Shown here in pieces: positions 37,678 through 48,003 of a stretch of DNA of 64,000 nt (positions are counted from its first letter, which is position 1; every line of letters starts with the position of its first letter). This DNA is from an uncultured Verrucomicrobiae bacterium (GTDB taxonomy: Bacteria > Verrucomicrobiota > Verrucomicrobiia > Limisphaerales > Palsa-1400). The DNA is taken from the NCBI GenBank assembly GCA_963764165.1, contig CAVXRD010000001.1:1184001-1248000 (forward strand), given 5' to 3'. The translations under genes and the position numbers were made by a program. The notes beneath the pieces are model-generated. The model was not told the DNA's origin. It saw nothing but the letters and a program-made list of their open reading frames with translations, and did no database searches.

Positions 37678-38346
37678 CTACGGCGCTGAAACAGCCGGTT
37701 CCATGCCTCGCTTGGATACCGCATAGCGCGTCAGCCCGGCCACATCGTGGATGTTGAGCTTGTTCATCACTTGCTGCCGATGCTTCTCAATTGTCTTGAT
37801 GCTGATTCCCAGTTCCGCGGCGGCCTGCTTGTTGGCCCGCCCATCGGCGATCAACTGAAGCACCTGCGCCTCGCGGGCCGTCAAATTCATGTTTTTGCGG
37901 TGAGCCCTTCCGTCATCAAAGGCTCGCCGGGCGCGCTCCCTTTGGCGTTTTACGATGGACGGGCTGAAAAACGCATTCCCTTTATGGATCTCTCGAATCG
38001 CAAGCTGCAAATCGGTCGCGGCAGTCGCTTTGAGGAGATAACCAGCGGCGCCAGCATCGATGAGCTGCTGGACGTGATCATCTTCGCCGTAGGAACTGAG
38101 AACCAGCACCTTGGTCGAGGAAAGGGTCTTCAGCACTTGGCGGGTCGCGTCCAATCCGTTCATAAATGGCATGGCCACATCCATGATGACGATGTCGGGC
38201 TTTGTTTTGGCTGCCATTTCCACCGCTTGATTTCCATTCTCGGCCTCGCCGACGACTTCAATGCCGGCGTCCTGGGTCAGCAGGGCTTTGAGTCCCTGCC
38301 TTACGATCGTGTGGTCATCAACGAGCAATACTGAAATTTTTTTCAT
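37678..38346 (-). CDS. NarL/FixJ-family response regulator
   Basis: LLVDDH, IMDVAMP, LTAREAQVLQLIADG...ISIKTIEKHR. Confidence 0.94.
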   Translation of the reverse strand: MKKISVLLVDDHTIVRQGLKALLTQDAGIEVVGEAENGNQAVEMAAKTKPDIVIMDVAMPFMNGLDATRQVLKTLSSTKVLVLSSYGEDDHVQQLIDAGAAGYLLKATAATDLQLAIREIHKGNAFFSPSIVKRQRERARRAFDDGRAHRKNMNLTAREAQVLQLIADGRANKQAAAELGISIKTIEKHRQQVMNKLNIHDVAGLTRYAVSKRGMEPAVSAP

Positions 38347-38587
38347 AGTCAGTTTTAACTGACTGACAGCTTGACATGAGAAACAGCGATCACAATCAGG
38401 GTGGTTCCTTTCCGTTAGGTAGAGGAAAGCAGTATGACAAAAATTAACTTCTTCTTAACAATTTTGCTGTTCCCCGCGAATCATCGCTTAACACGAGTGG
38501 TGTCTATTCTTGCATATGAGAGGCGAAGACAAGAACAGCGCGGCCAGTTGGCCGCCGGGTCTTCGACTCAGCAGAACGATAGACATT

Positions 38588-39247
38588 ATGAAAAAAACAT
38601 CATTGATCGCAGGAGCCACCGTGCTGCCGGCCGCCGGTGGATTTGCGCTCGGATTTAATTTCGGCGCAAAAATGATTGCCGCCCTCCTCCTTTTCGCGGC
38701 TTGGGCCGCTCACGCGCAGCCATCCGGTCCGCCCCCAGACGGAGACGGCCCGCCCCCGTTCGATGGCACGAACGAGCCGCCACCCGGCGGCCCGCACCGC
38801 CACCCGATGCCCGCCATCGTCAAAGCCCTTGACGCCAACGGCGACGGCACGATTGACGCCTCCGAAATTGCCAATGCCGTGGCCGCGCTGAAAAAGCTCG
38901 ATAAGAATGGGGATGGACAATTGACCGTCGACGAATATATCGGCTCGTTCGCCACCAACACGCCGCCGCAAGGCGCCGGCCATCGCCGCCCGCCTGTCCC
39001 TGCCATCGTGAAAGCGCTTGACGTCAATGGCGACGGTATTATTGACGCATCGGAAATTGCAAACGCTCCGAAAGCGCTGCTGACGCTCGATAAAAACGGC
39101 GATGGGCAGTTGACTCCCGACGAATATCGCCCCGGCCCGCCCCACGGCGGCGGTGGTGGTTTTGGCGGGGGCTCCGGTGGCCCTCCTCCCGGTGAAGGCC
39201 CGATGGACGGCCCGCCCCCCGGCGATGGCCCACCGCCGCAGGAATAA
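38588..39247 (+). CDS. Secreted EF-hand protein with Gly/Pro-rich tails
   Basis: Two copies of [18 protein letters not shown]...[14 protein letters not shown]. Confidence 0.85.
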   Translation: MKKTSLIAGATVLPAAGGFALGFNFGAKMIAALLLFAAWAAHAQPSGPPPDGDGPPPFDGTNEPPPGGPHRHPMPAIVKALDANGDGTIDASEIANAVAALKKLDKNGDGQLTVDEYIGSFATNTPPQGAGHRRPPVPAIVKALDVNGDGIIDASEIANAPKALLTLDKNGDGQLTPDEYRPGPPHGGGGGFGGGSGGPPPGEGPMDGPPPGDGPPPQE

Positions 39248-39322
39248 CGGATTCGGTTAAGTGGAGTGGCGCAACACGGCGGGTTCGAGAAATCGGTCCT
39301 GCCGATTTGCACTCAATGAATT

Positions 39323-39562
39323 CTACTCAACGGGTGCGAGTTGCAGATCTTCCAGGCGAATAATATGAAGAATAGCGCACTCTACGAATCGTTCGCCAAT
39401 TTGGTCTGCGTCCAAGTCGGTTCCAATCAAGACCGAGCCGCGTTTTACGAACATCATATCGTGGTTCGTAATATTGAAACTTGCGCCATCGGTCATCCAA
39501 ATGCGAAACGGTCGAAACGGTTTCGCATCCATCCTTTCCTTCAATTGCCGCGCCGTTATCAT
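39323..39562 (-). CDS. Small hypothetical protein
   Basis: 79 aa with PFRPFRIWMTDG...ITNHD; downstream of clpC. Confidence 0.65.
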   Translation of the reverse strand: MITARQLKERMDAKPFRPFRIWMTDGASFNITNHDMMFVKRGSVLIGTDLDADQIGERFVECAILHIIRLEDLQLAPVE

Positions 39563-39589
39563 GGATCGCGTCTCGTGAACCGTGGTCTC

Positions 39590-42109
39590 TTACCCCGCCG
39601 TTGGCGAGGTGGCCGGCGTGTCGGTGGCCTTCTGCTTGAAGACGATCTTGTCGCCTTCGACGGTCGCGGTCATGGGCTCGTTCGGAATTAGGCTGCCTTT
39701 GAGGATTTCCTCGGCCAGCGGGTCCTCCAAATAACGCTCGACCGCGCGCCGCATCGGGCGGGCGCCGTAAGTCGGATCGTATCCTTTTTCCACCAGGAAG
39801 TCGCGGGCGGTGTTGTCGAGCGTCAAGTGCAGATTCTTCGCCTTCAAACGGCCAAGTACCTTGCCGATTTCCAAATCCAAAATCTCGAGGAGATCGGGTT
39901 TTGTTAGTGTGCGGAACACAATGACGTCGTCCAGCCGGTTGATGAATTCAGGGCGAAACGCCTTCTTGGTTTCGTCCATGATTTTTTCCTTCATCCGGTC
40001 GTAGGAATTTTCGTCCGTGACTTTTCCAAAGCCCATTTGCGTCTGGCGCTTGATCAAATCCGCGCCGACGTTTGACGTCATCAGGATGATCGTGTTGCGA
40101 AAGTTCACCACGCGGCCGACGTTGTCGGTCAATTTGCCTTCCTCCAAAATCTGGAGAAGCATGTTCATTACGTCCGGATGCGCTTTTTCGATTTCGTCGA
40201 AAAGCACGACCGAATACGGACGGCGGCGAACCTGTTCGGTCAACTGCCCGCCTTCTTCAAAACCAACGTAGCCGGGCGGCGAGCCCACCATGCGCGAAGC
40301 GTTGTGGCGCTCCATGTATTCGCTCATATCCAATTGGATGAGCGCCTTGGGGTCGCCAAACAAAATTTCCGCCAGCGTCCGGGCCAGCAACGTTTTGCCG
40401 ACACCGGTCGGCCCAAGCAGCGCGAAAGTGCCGATCGGGCGGCGCGGATCTTTCAAATCCGCGCGCGAACGGCGCAGCGCCTTGCAAAGCGCAGTCACGG
40501 CTTCCTTCTGGCCGATGATCAAGCGTGACATTTCCTGCTCCAGCGCAAGCAAACGGGCGGCTTCGCCCTCTTCCATGCGGCGCAGCGGAATTCCGGTCCA
40601 CTTGGACACGACGTGCAAAATTTCCTCTTCGCCGACTGTCACGCGTTTTTCCTCGCGGCTGGCGCGCCAGCCGGCGAGAACAGCGTCCAATTTTTCCTTG
40701 GCTTGTTTCTCCTTGTCGCGCATGGCGGCGGCGCCTTCGAAATCCTGATCCTTGATGGCGCGTTCCTTCTGCGTCTTGATCTTTTCGATCTCGATCTCGA
40801 GTTCCTTCACTTCCGGCGGGCGCGTCATGGTGCCGATGCGGGCGCGCGAGCCAGCTTCGTCCATCACGTCGATGGCCTTATCCGGCAAATAACGATCCGT
40901 GATGTAACGATCCGACATGCGAACGGCAGCCTCGACCGCTTGATCGGTGATTTCGGCTTTGTGATGCTCCTCGTATTTCGGGCGCAATCCTTTGAGGATC
41001 AAAATGGCTTCTTCCGGCGACGGCGCTTCGACTTTCACGGTCTGGAAACGGCGTTCCAGCGCGGCGTCTTTTTCAATGTATTTGCGATACTCGTTAAGCG
41101 TGGTCGCGCCGATGCATTGCATCTCGCCGCGGCTCAGAGCCGGCTTGATGATATTGGAGGCGTCCATCGTGCCTTCGGCTGAACCGGCGCCAACGATGGT
41201 GTGCAGCTCGTCAATAAACAAAATGATATTCCGCGCGCGGCGAATTTCATCCATGACCGCCTTGATGCGCTCCTCAAACTGGCCGCGATACTTCGTGCCA
41301 GCCACCATCAACGCCAAGTCCAGCGTAATGACCCGCTTCTCGCGCAAAATTTCCGGCACATTGCCGCGGGCAATTTCCTGGGCCAATCCTTCCACGATGG
41401 CCGTCTTGCCCACGCCCGCTTCACCAAGCAGGACGGGGTTGTTCTTCGTTCGGCGGCACAAAATCTGGATGACGCGCTCGATTTCGTTCTGGCGTCCGAT
41501 GACCGGATCCATTTCGCCTTTGCGGGCGATTTCCGTCAGGTCTCGGCCGAATGCCTTGAGCGCGGGCGTTTTGACTTCGCCTTTTTTTTCGGGCGTTCGT
41601 TCCGGAGCGGGTTCGGCGGCTCCGCCTGATTGCTGCTCTTCAGCGGCGGCAAACTGCGGATCGAGCTCCTTCAAAATTTCCTGGCGGGTCTGCTCAATGT
41701 CCACATCGAGATTCTTCAAGACGCGCGCGGCCACGCCATCGCCTTCGCGCAGCAAGCCCAGCAAAATGTGCTCGGTGCCGACGTAAGTGTGATTGAGATT
41801 GCGGGCTTCGCGGGCGGCCAGCGACAAAACCTTCTTGACGCGCGGCGTGTAAGGAATGTTGCCGATCATTTTCTGATCCGGCCCGGTCCCGACCTGTTTC
41901 TCGACTTCCATGCGGACGGTCTCGAGGTCGAGACCGAGTTTTTGCAGCACGTTGACGGCGACGCCCTGGCCTAATTTAATCAGGCCCAGGAGAAGATGCT
42001 CGGTGCCGACGAAATTGTGATTGAAGCGATCTGCCTCTTTGCGGGCCAGCGCCAGCACTTGCTGAGCGCGCGGCGTGAAATTTTGCATTGACGATGATTC
42101 TTCGCTCAT
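39590..42109 (-). CDS. clpC: ATP-dependent Clp protease ATP-binding subunit ClpC
   Basis: Two Clp-N repeats, two AAA+ modules ([16 protein letters not shown]) and a UVR domain. Confidence 0.97.
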   Translation of the reverse strand: MSEESSSMQNFTPRAQQVLALARKEADRFNHNFVGTEHLLLGLIKLGQGVAVNVLQKLGLDLETVRMEVEKQVGTGPDQKMIGNIPYTPRVKKVLSLAAREARNLNHTYVGTEHILLGLLREGDGVAARVLKNLDVDIEQTRQEILKELDPQFAAAEEQQSGGAAEPAPERTPEKKGEVKTPALKAFGRDLTEIARKGEMDPVIGRQNEIERVIQILCRRTKNNPVLLGEAGVGKTAIVEGLAQEIARGNVPEILREKRVITLDLALMVAGTKYRGQFEERIKAVMDEIRRARNIILFIDELHTIVGAGSAEGTMDASNIIKPALSRGEMQCIGATTLNEYRKYIEKDAALERRFQTVKVEAPSPEEAILILKGLRPKYEEHHKAEITDQAVEAAVRMSDRYITDRYLPDKAIDVMDEAGSRARIGTMTRPPEVKELEIEIEKIKTQKERAIKDQDFEGAAAMRDKEKQAKEKLDAVLAGWRASREEKRVTVGEEEILHVVSKWTGIPLRRMEEGEAARLLALEQEMSRLIIGQKEAVTALCKALRRSRADLKDPRRPIGTFALLGPTGVGKTLLARTLAEILFGDPKALIQLDMSEYMERHNASRMVGSPPGYVGFEEGGQLTEQVRRRPYSVVLFDEIEKAHPDVMNMLLQILEEGKLTDNVGRVVNFRNTIILMTSNVGADLIKRQTQMGFGKVTDENSYDRMKEKIMDETKKAFRPEFINRLDDVIVFRTLTKPDLLEILDLEIGKVLGRLKAKNLHLTLDNTARDFLVEKGYDPTYGARPMRRAVERYLEDPLAEEILKGSLIPNEPMTATVEGDKIVFKQKATDTPATSPTAG

Positions 42110-42127
42110 ATGTAAATCCTGCTCCGG

Positions 42128-43243
42128 CTAGTTTCTTTTGTCCAGCGATCCCCCTCCAGCGCCGGGCGCTTTCGGGTTCGGACGGCTCACGTTGCGCAAA
42201 CGCTCCCGCAGCATATCCGCCCGCAGCAAATCCCGCTCCTCCGCCACCAGTTTCTCCGTAAATTGCTTTTGCAAATGGGCCGGCTGGGTGATGACAAACA
42301 ATTCGTCGATAAGAGCGCGGTCGCCCGGCGGGAATTCTCCCAGGTCCACTCCCAATCTCATCAGCGACAGCAAATTCATCGTCTCCTTGGAGGCGATGCT
42401 GTGGGCATTGGCGAGAATTCCGTAAGCACGTCCGATTTGATTATATACAATCTTCGGCTTTTTTTCCAGCAGCATGCCCCGCGCATTTTCCTCGTGCTCG
42501 ATAATTTGCAGCAAAACCTTGTTCAACCGCTCGACGATATCCGTCTCCACTTCGCCGAGGGTCATCTGGTTGGACACTTGGAAAACATTGCCCAGCGCCT
42601 CGGTGCCTTCGCCGTAAAGCCCCCGCACCGCGAGCCCCAATTTGTTGACGCTGGAAATGATTTGCGTGATCTGCTCGGCCAGGACAAGGCCTGGCAAATG
42701 CAGCATCGCGCTGACGCGGATGCCAGTGCCAAGGTTCGTCGGGCAGGCCGTCAAATAGCCGAGTTCCGGGCTGAAGGCATAATCCAGCTTGCGTTCCAAA
42801 TCGCTGTCGATGGCATCAATGGCCATCCACGCCTGGCGCAATTGCAATCCGGGCCGCAGCGCCTGCATGCGCAGATGATCTTCTTCATTGATCATCACGC
42901 AGAGCGACTCCTCCTTGTTGAGGACCAATCCGCTGCCGGCGGTTTTCGCCGCGTGCTCGCGGCTGATCAAATGGCGTTCGACGAGAATTTGCTTATCGAG
43001 TGTGCCGAGATTGTCCATCGTTTCGGAGTAAGCGCCGCTCAATTGCGGCAGGCTTTCAACCGCCGGGCGGATGATATCGAGCGATTTGATGCGCTCGTTC
43101 TTTTTCGCCCAGCCGGGGAACGCCATGCCGCGCAAATTGCGGGCGAGGCGGACGCGGCTGGACATCACGATGCGGTCGTGCGGGCCTGTGCGCCGGGCCG
43201 TTTCAACCGGCGGACATAGAAAATCGTGGATGCTGGCGCTCAT
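42128..43243 (-). CDS. mcsB: Protein-arginine kinase
   Basis: SSRVRLARN, MINEEDHLR, GYLTACPTNLGTG, RGLYGEG, QVSNQMTLG. Confidence 0.95.
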   Translation of the reverse strand: MSASIHDFLCPPVETARRTGPHDRIVMSSRVRLARNLRGMAFPGWAKKNERIKSLDIIRPAVESLPQLSGAYSETMDNLGTLDKQILVERHLISREHAAKTAGSGLVLNKEESLCVMINEEDHLRMQALRPGLQLRQAWMAIDAIDSDLERKLDYAFSPELGYLTACPTNLGTGIRVSAMLHLPGLVLAEQITQIISSVNKLGLAVRGLYGEGTEALGNVFQVSNQMTLGEVETDIVERLNKVLLQIIEHEENARGMLLEKKPKIVYNQIGRAYGILANAHSIASKETMNLLSLMRLGVDLGEFPPGDRALIDELFVITQPAHLQKQFTEKLVAEERDLLRADMLRERLRNVSRPNPKAPGAGGGSLDKRN

Positions 43244-43758
43244 GGGGTTGCCTGGCTGGCGTGACGCAATAGCTGGTCTTTCGCCATTTTCATTTCGTCA
43301 CGAAGGTTGGCCGCCTGCTCGAAGTCCTCCGACGCCACCGCGCGATCCAGCTTTTTCTGCAATTGCTTCAGGCGCTCGGTTAAGTCCCGCCCCTGCCGCA
43401 ATGCCGCCGGGACCTTGCCAATGTGGCGCGTGCCCTTATGCATGGACTTCAACAAGCTTTCCAAGCCTTCCGCAAACGTGTTGTAGCACTGCGAGCAGCC
43501 GAGGCGCCCGGCTTTCTTGAAATCAGCCTGGGTAAACCCGCAGCCGGCGCAGCGAACTTCCGCGCCCCCTGAGGCCGGGACGATTTCCTGGGAGGCGCCC
43601 AGCCCCAGAATCAAATCCGCCAGCGAAAAACTGGCGTCGCTATTGACCCCTTTTTCCTTGGCGCACTCTTCGCAGAGATCGACTTTTTGGACCTTGTCGT
43701 CAACGATCTGCGTTAAATGCACTTTGGCCGGGTTTTGTTTGCATAACATGCACAGCAT
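43240..43758 (-). CDS. mcsA: McsB activator (CxxC motifs plus UVR domain)
   Basis: CMLC, LCEECA, CAGCG, GRLGCSQCY, EDFEQAANLRD. Confidence 0.93.
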   Translation of the reverse strand: MLCMLCKQNPAKVHLTQIVDDKVQKVDLCEECAKEKGVNSDASFSLADLILGLGASQEIVPASGGAEVRCAGCGFTQADFKKAGRLGCSQCYNTFAEGLESLLKSMHKGTRHIGKVPAALRQGRDLTERLKQLQKKLDRAVASEDFEQAANLRDEMKMAKDQLLRHASQATP

Positions 43759-43831
43759 AAAATTCTGTTAATAGTGTATCATAGATTCTCCAAAAGGGAG
43801 AATCATTTCACCCCACGTTTAGCGGCGTGTG

Positions 43832-43894
43832 GTAGGGCGAGGCTCCCGCCGAGCCATTCCCCGCGAAGACGGCTCGGCTGGAGCCTCGCCCTGC
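43832..43894. repeat. REPIN family D (GTAG-GGCGAGGCTCCCGCCGAGCC doublet)
   Basis: Inverted doublet; a single related copy lies at 49586-49608. Confidence 0.75.
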
Positions 43895-43949
43895 CGACCT
43901 CATCTATTCACCAAACCCCGCCACCCGCCTTCCAGCACACTACCCAAAA

Positions 43950-44816
43950 TTATATCGGCTCGCCAGTTGCCTGGGTTAACTCGCGATACTGGGCCACCAG
44001 CTTCTTGGTAATCGGGCCGGGTTTCCCGCTGCCGATCACGCGGCCGTCAATTTTCACCACGGCGATGATTTCCGCGCCGGTGCCAGTCAAAAAGACCTCG
44101 TCGGCGTTAAAGAAATCGTGGCGGGTCAAATTCGGCTCGGTGACTTCAATGCCGTCTTTGCGCGCCAACTCGATGACGGTGTTGCGCGTGATTCCATAAA
44201 GCGCGCCCGCCGAAAGCGGCGGCGTGAAGAGCCGCCCGTCTTTGAGCAGGAAAATATTATCGCCCGTGCATTCGGCGACAAAGCCTTCGGCGTTGAGCAT
44301 GATGGCTTCTTCGCAGCCGCCGTTGATGGCTTCGATCTTGGCCAGGATGTTGTTGAGATAATTGAGCGACTTGATCGCCGGATTCAACGCGCTGTGCAAA
44401 TTGCGCGTGGTCGGAACGGTAATGACGTCCAATCCGCGCTCGTATAATTCCACCGGGTAAAGCTGGATTTTGTCGGCGATGATGATGACGGAGGCCTTCG
44501 GGCACTTGTAAGGATTAAGCCCCAAATTACCCGGCCCGCGCGTGACGACCAGGCGGATGTAGCCGTTTTTGATTTTGTTCTTCCGGCACGTCTCGACCGT
44601 GGCCCGGATCATCTCCTCCTTTGCCAGCGGGATGTTGAGCAAAATGGATTTGGCGGAGCAAAACAGGCGGTCAATGTGTTCGGCCAGCTTGAATACGCGG
44701 CCATTGTAGGCGCGAATCCCCTCGAAAATGCCGTCCCCGTACAATAAACCATGGTCGAACACCGAAACCTTGGCGTTCTTCTCGTCGTAGTATTTGCCGT
44801 CGATATAGATCTTCAT
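43950..44816 (-). CDS. ilvE: Branched-chain amino acid aminotransferase
   Basis: HGLLYGDGIFEGIRAY, YIRLVVTRG, KSLNYLN, ECTGDNIF, GITR, DEVFLTGT. Confidence 0.95.
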   Translation of the reverse strand: MKIYIDGKYYDEKNAKVSVFDHGLLYGDGIFEGIRAYNGRVFKLAEHIDRLFCSAKSILLNIPLAKEEMIRATVETCRKNKIKNGYIRLVVTRGPGNLGLNPYKCPKASVIIIADKIQLYPVELYERGLDVITVPTTRNLHSALNPAIKSLNYLNNILAKIEAINGGCEEAIMLNAEGFVAECTGDNIFLLKDGRLFTPPLSAGALYGITRNTVIELARKDGIEVTEPNLTRHDFFNADEVFLTGTGAEIIAVVKIDGRVIGSGKPGPITKKLVAQYRELTQATGEPI

Positions 44817-44976
44817 TGCCGTCTTGCCTTGAGCGAAAACTAATGCCACGCCCGGCGAGATGGAAGCAAAATCAAGACGGGGGAAATTACGGGTCTCGGC
44901 GGAACGTTTCGGAAGCAGGCTTATGCGGCCTATAAGACCTATGCGACTTATAGGCCCAATACGTTTGATTTTGTTC

Positions 44977-45435
44977 TCACGAAACAATTCTCCTTGCCGT
45001 CAAAAAGCGGATCACGCTTTCGCGCGGAATCCGGTAGTGCGTTTTGCCGCCGACATCCTCAAGCGCGCCCGCCGCGACCAGCCGGTAGATATGATCGGGG
45101 TCCCCGCGCCAGAGGCGGGCAAGCTGCGGGGCGCGAAAGGAGTAATGCGTTGGCGGCACGGCGCGCTCCAAAAACGCGGCCACATCGCTCTCGGGCTCTC
45201 GCCCATGCATTAGCGAAACTACAGTGCTTGCCGCCAGCCGCACACAGAGACGCGATGCTCCAGGGCTCCCAATGTTGAACGCCAGCGGCAGCCGGCCTTC
45301 CTGGATGCGAATATAAATTTCCCTCTCCGTACACTCCAGCAGTACAGCCGCCTGCCAGGCGGAGACGAAGGGGGATTTGGCTTGAAAGCCGCGGCCAGCG
45401 GCCGTTTCCAGAGGTTCTTTTAAAAGTGTGCTCAT
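44977..45435 (-). CDS. Tandem excisionase-like (HTH_17-type) DNA-binding protein
   Basis: Two motifs, AAVLLECTEREIYIRIQEGRL and LARLWRGDPDHIYRLVAAGAL...YRIPRESV; divergent from the XRE gene. Confidence 0.6.
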   Translation of the reverse strand: MSTLLKEPLETAAGRGFQAKSPFVSAWQAAVLLECTEREIYIRIQEGRLPLAFNIGSPGASRLCVRLAASTVVSLMHGREPESDVAAFLERAVPPTHYSFRAPQLARLWRGDPDHIYRLVAAGALEDVGGKTHYRIPRESVIRFLTARRIVS

Positions 45436-45452
45436 CGTTGAATAATGAATTA

Positions 45453-45499
45453 CCACAAAACAGTGTAATTATCAATATTTATTTCACACTTTTTTGTGG
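45453..45499. promoter_or_regulatory. Operator-like inverted repeat in the divergent intergenic region
   Basis: ccacaaaacagtgtaa (45453-45468) versus tcacacttttttgtgg (45484-45499): 14/16 inverted match with an AT-rich spacer. Confidence 0.6.
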
Positions 45500-45517
45500 G
45501 ACGTGTAGGATATGCGC

Positions 45518-46375
45518 ATGCCTAAAAAAAGCGGATTGGCCACCCAGCGAGAAATCGAGATCGGCCGCCGCGTGCAGCAAGCGCGCGAATACATCAACTG
45601 GCCCCAGCCTGCCTTCGCCGCTGAACTCGAGATTTCCCGCGACCGGCTGGCGAGCTTCGAGTATGGCCGCACGCCCCTGCGCTATGCCGTCGGCTACAGG
45701 CTGTGCTGCATATTTGATATCAATCCCGACTGGCTGGCCAACGGCGTTGGCGAAATGAAGTCGGGCCAGGTTCTGCCCAACCTGCCGCTGCCGGAAAATT
45801 TTCCAGCCAAGGCGATGTACAGCAAAATCTACGACCAATCCAAGGCGCACGGCGAAAAGAAGAAGGCGCCCAAGCCGGAGCGCTCGCCCGCCGAGGATCT
45901 CATTCCTGATTTTGACGCCACCACTTACATCGTGCGCGGATTGACTGACCTGCTCTCGAAGGAAAAATTCCGCTCGCCCCTCGAGCGCCAGGAATTCGCT
46001 TTGGAAATAACCAGTTACGCGCGCGACCTCGCGCTGCGGCTGCGCCGGGACAAGACAAAGGATCGCGCCTGGGCTGTCAGCGGCCGCCGCGGCGGCGCCA
46101 AACCCGCCGACCTCGCTGGCATTCCGACTCGCAACGCCAAAACGATCACCCAGCTTCGCGACGGCGTGAAACGCCTGGAAGGGGAAGTCGGCAAGCTGGA
46201 TTCCCTCATGAAGTCGCTGAATCCCATCGCTCTCGACCCCGCCCGCCTGCCGCGCCCCGACGCGCTGGAAGTTGTGCGCTTGGAGGAGGCGATAGAAAAA
46301 ATCGCGCGTCAAATAGAAGAAGCCGAGCGCAAAATCAAGGTGCTGATGAGCAAGCGCGACGTCGCGGCGGCGTGA
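45518..46375 (+). CDS. XRE/cI-like HTH transcriptional regulator with coiled-coil C terminus
   Basis: IGRRVQQARE...QPAFAAELEISRDRLASFEYGR...INPDWLANGVGEM. Confidence 0.82.
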   Translation: MPKKSGLATQREIEIGRRVQQAREYINWPQPAFAAELEISRDRLASFEYGRTPLRYAVGYRLCCIFDINPDWLANGVGEMKSGQVLPNLPLPENFPAKAMYSKIYDQSKAHGEKKKAPKPERSPAEDLIPDFDATTYIVRGLTDLLSKEKFRSPLERQEFALEITSYARDLALRLRRDKTKDRAWAVSGRRGGAKPADLAGIPTRNAKTITQLRDGVKRLEGEVGKLDSLMKSLNPIALDPARLPRPDALEVVRLEEAIEKIARQIEEAERKIKVLMSKRDVAAA

Positions 46376-46394
46376 CTAAATTCTGGGTTTCATA

Positions 46395-46490
46395 GCAGGG
46401 ACGCCTCGCCGAGGCGTCCGGGGACTTTCGCAAGTTCGGACGCGTTCGAATAAGGCCACGGCTTCGGACGCCTCGGCGAGGCGTCCCTGC
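46395..46490. repeat. REPIN family A doublet (GCAG variant) between convergent genes
   Basis: gcagggacgcctcgccgaggcgtcc ... ggacgcctcggcgaggcgtccctgc. Confidence 0.9.
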
Positions 46491-46495
46491 CTTAT

Positions 46496-47410
46496 TCACT
46501 TCCCCGCTTCCCAACGAATCGCGTTTTTCACAATCTTCAGCGGGATTTCCTCTTTGAAGATGGGGTAGGTTTCGTGGCCGGGGCGGAAGTAAAAGACTTT
46601 TCCTTTCCCCACCGTCCACGCGCAGCCGCTCGTGAACGTGTCACCCGTGTCCCATGTCTCCTGGTAAATCATCGCGTCCGGGCGCGGCACATGGAAATGA
46701 CCGCCGTAGATTTCCGTTTGCGGAACATCAAAGGCCGCCGGAATGCCCGCCGCGATGGGATGATTTGGCAGCATCGTGTGGACGTGGCCGGGCTTGCCCG
46801 CGTTGTTCACGACCGGGAAAATGCAGCCCGGCAATTTGACTTCCAGGGTGTCCGCACCATCGTCGGCTTTGAAATGGCGGAAGGACGGCGTCGCCGGGCC
46901 GTCCTTGGGCGGCAGTTTTGGCACGGCGGGAATTTTGACAATCTTGACCGTTGCGCGCTCCGACTCGGGAATCGATTGCAGCGCGTCCTGCACCGAGCGT
47001 TCATCCATCGCCGCAATGAATGGCTTGGACCAATGCGCTGAGTGCAGCGCAATCAACGAAAGTTTTCCTTCCTTGAGCCGCTTGATGATGGCGTCGACGT
47101 GTTCATCTTTCACTTCGGCGTGCTTTTGGTGCCCCCACCAGATTAGAACGTCGCAATGATCGAGCCATTCGTCCGTGATGCCCTGGTCCGGGTCATTCAG
47201 TCCGACCGACTTGACGGTGAAGTCCTTTTCCTCGCTCAATTCGGCGGCCAGCGTATCGCCGAGAAAACCACCGTAGGCGGATTTCTGGGCAAGCTGCCGC
47301 TCATCCCAAACGACGACGCGAATGGGCGCGGCGATGGCCGCCACGCACGTAAAAGCCAGCAGGAGAAGTGCAGAGAGAATTTGTTTCACACCCATTGGAT
47401 AGAAGCGCAC
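46496..47410 (-). CDS. Secreted ThuA-like protein
   Basis: IRVVVWDE, DVLIWWGH, ALHSAHWS, GKVFYFRPGHETYP. Confidence 0.85.
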   Translation of the reverse strand: MRFYPMGVKQILSALLLLAFTCVAAIAAPIRVVVWDERQLAQKSAYGGFLGDTLAAELSEEKDFTVKSVGLNDPDQGITDEWLDHCDVLIWWGHQKHAEVKDEHVDAIIKRLKEGKLSLIALHSAHWSKPFIAAMDERSVQDALQSIPESERATVKIVKIPAVPKLPPKDGPATPSFRHFKADDGADTLEVKLPGCIFPVVNNAGKPGHVHTMLPNHPIAAGIPAAFDVPQTEIYGGHFHVPRPDAMIYQETWDTGDTFTSGCAWTVGKGKVFYFRPGHETYPIFKEEIPLKIVKNAIRWEAGK

Positions 47411-47439
47411 GGCTCGTGAGTCAATCGGAAAGGGGGTGA

Positions 47440-47514
47440 TAATATTTGGGCGGACACACAGGCCCGCCCTACCAAATTGAGGTAGGGCGGCGCTGCGTCG
47501 CCGCCCAAATATTA
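47440..47514. repeat. GTAG-REP pair (family E) with an outer inverted repeat
   Basis: taatatttgggcgg...cgccctac / gtagggcgg...ccgcccaaatatta. Confidence 0.65.
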
Positions 47515-47622
47515 TTGAGAGTCTCGCGCTGCCAAAAATCGGTATCCTAATATAAATTCTTCAATTAGTTCACTTTTTCAATTGACGCATTGAGTTTCTT
47601 AATACATAAATTGACTTATCAA

Positions 47623-48003
47623 ATGAAGAAATCGCAGACATCCGGCAAGAAGCTGATTACGCGCTGCCCTTTTTGCGGCGACGAATTGGCCATTGCCCGG
47701 CTTTCGTGCTGCGGCTGCCAGACGCAGATTGATTCGCAGTTGGAGATACCGCTTTTCTTCCGCCTGCCGCCGGACTTGCAGGAATTCGTGCTCGTCTTCC
47801 TCCGGTGCCAGGGAAAAATTGTTGACGTGGAAAAAGAACTGGGAATCTCCTATCCGACCGTCTGCAAGCGCCTCGATCTTGTCAACGAATTGCTTGGGAA
47901 CCAGGGGCCGCCGGTCAATCGCTCCCAGATTTTGGAGAAGCTGGAGCGTGGCGAAATCAACGTCCAGGAAGCGACTCAACTTCTAAAAGAAAGGTCCGCA
48001 TAA
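47623..48003 (+). CDS. DUF2089-family protein (zinc ribbon, HTH, SHOCT-like tail)
   Basis: CPFCG...LSCCGC, EKELGISYPTV, ILEKLERGEINVQEA. Confidence 0.85.
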   Translation: MKKSQTSGKKLITRCPFCGDELAIARLSCCGCQTQIDSQLEIPLFFRLPPDLQEFVLVFLRCQGKIVDVEKELGISYPTVCKRLDLVNELLGNQGPPVNRSQILEKLERGEINVQEATQLLKERSA

